The notes under the pieces were generated by a model. It saw only the letters and a list, made by a program, of their open reading frames with translations. It made no database searches and was not told the DNA's origin. The position numbers and the translations under genes are program-made. Shown one piece after another: positions 63,305 to 64,000 of a stretch of 64,000 bases of DNA; the first letter of the stretch is position 1, and each line of letters begins with the position of its first letter. Source of the stretch: Anolis carolinensis (taxonomy: Eukaryota); contig NC_085841.1 of the NCBI RefSeq assembly GCF_035594765.1, positions 55,907,636 to 55,971,635 of the forward strand. Direction: 5' to 3'.

Positions 63305-64000
63305 CATAGAATCATAGAATAGTAGAGTTGGAAGAGACCTCATGGGCCATCCAGTCCAACCCCCTGCCAAGAAACAGGAAATCGCATTCAAAGCACCCCC
63401 GACAGATGGCCATTCAGCCGCTGCTTAAAAGCCTCCATAGAAGGAGCCTCAACCACAGTCCGGGGGAAAGAGTACCACTGCCGAACAGCCCTCACAGTGA
63501 GGAAATTCTTCCTGATGTTCAGGTGGAATCTCCTTTCCTGTAGTTTGAAGCCATTGTTCCGCGTCCTAGTCTGCAGGGCAGCAGAAAACAAGCTTGCTCC
63601 CTCCTCCCTATGACTTCCCTTCACGTATTTTTACATGACTATCATGTCTCCTCTCAGCCTTCTCTTCTGCAGGATAAACATGGCTAGTTCTTTAAGCCGC
63701 TCCTCATAGGGCTTGTTCTCCAGACCCTTGATCATTTTAATTGCCCTCCTCTGGACGCTTTCCAGCTTGTCAACATCTCCCTTCAAACTGCGGTGCCTAG
63801 AATTGGACACAGTATTCCAGGTGTGGTCTGACCAAGGCAAAATAGAGGGGGAGAATGACTTCCCTGGATCTAGATGCTATACCCCTATTTATGCAGGCCA
63901 GAATACCATTGGCTTTTTTAGCTGCCACATCACATTGTAGGCTCATGTTTAACTTGTTGTCCACAAGGACTCCAAGATCCTTTTCACACGTACTGCTGTC
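63305..64000 (-). mobile_element. Young CR1 3' region, running off the window
   Basis: [20 protein letters not shown]...RRLRGDMI and RRFHLNIRKNFLTVRAV; CATAGAAT tail. Confidence 0.95.

Noticed and set aside
34900-64000. Exons of the expected upstream neighbour EFCAB2
   Set aside because: Looked for EF-hand C-terminal peptides on the minus strand by eye and found none; tBLASTn would settle it.

Overview
Vertebrate, repeat-rich genomic DNA. The repeat repertoire (Sauria SINE, Vingi and its SINE, Penelope, CR1 with ATTCTATG tail, OC1-like hAT, Helitron, DIRS) points to a squamate, most likely an Anolis lizard. The only host gene recognised is the 5' end of KIF26B on the minus strand: coding exon 1 (32267-32329), a 3.9-kb intron 1, exon 2 (27867-28346), then intron 2 running off the left edge. 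The rest is mostly transposon-derived, often deeply nested: L1 within a 5'-inverted L1 within a Tc1/mariner MITE, L2, CR1, Vingi, R4/Dong, Penelope, DIRS, probable solo LTRs, mariner, pogo, hAT/Harbinger MITEs and a Helitron. Most notable: two stand-alone type I hammerhead ribozyme candidates (about 48245-48351 and 59333-59418); Penelope minimal hammerheads around KIF26B exons 1-2 whose gene-sense copies all lack the catalytic G12; a five-unit 5S rRNA-derived tandem array in intron 1; and a promoter-proximal minisatellite that repeats a CCAAT/PBX-MEIS-like module. All family names come from recall of motifs, not from database searches.
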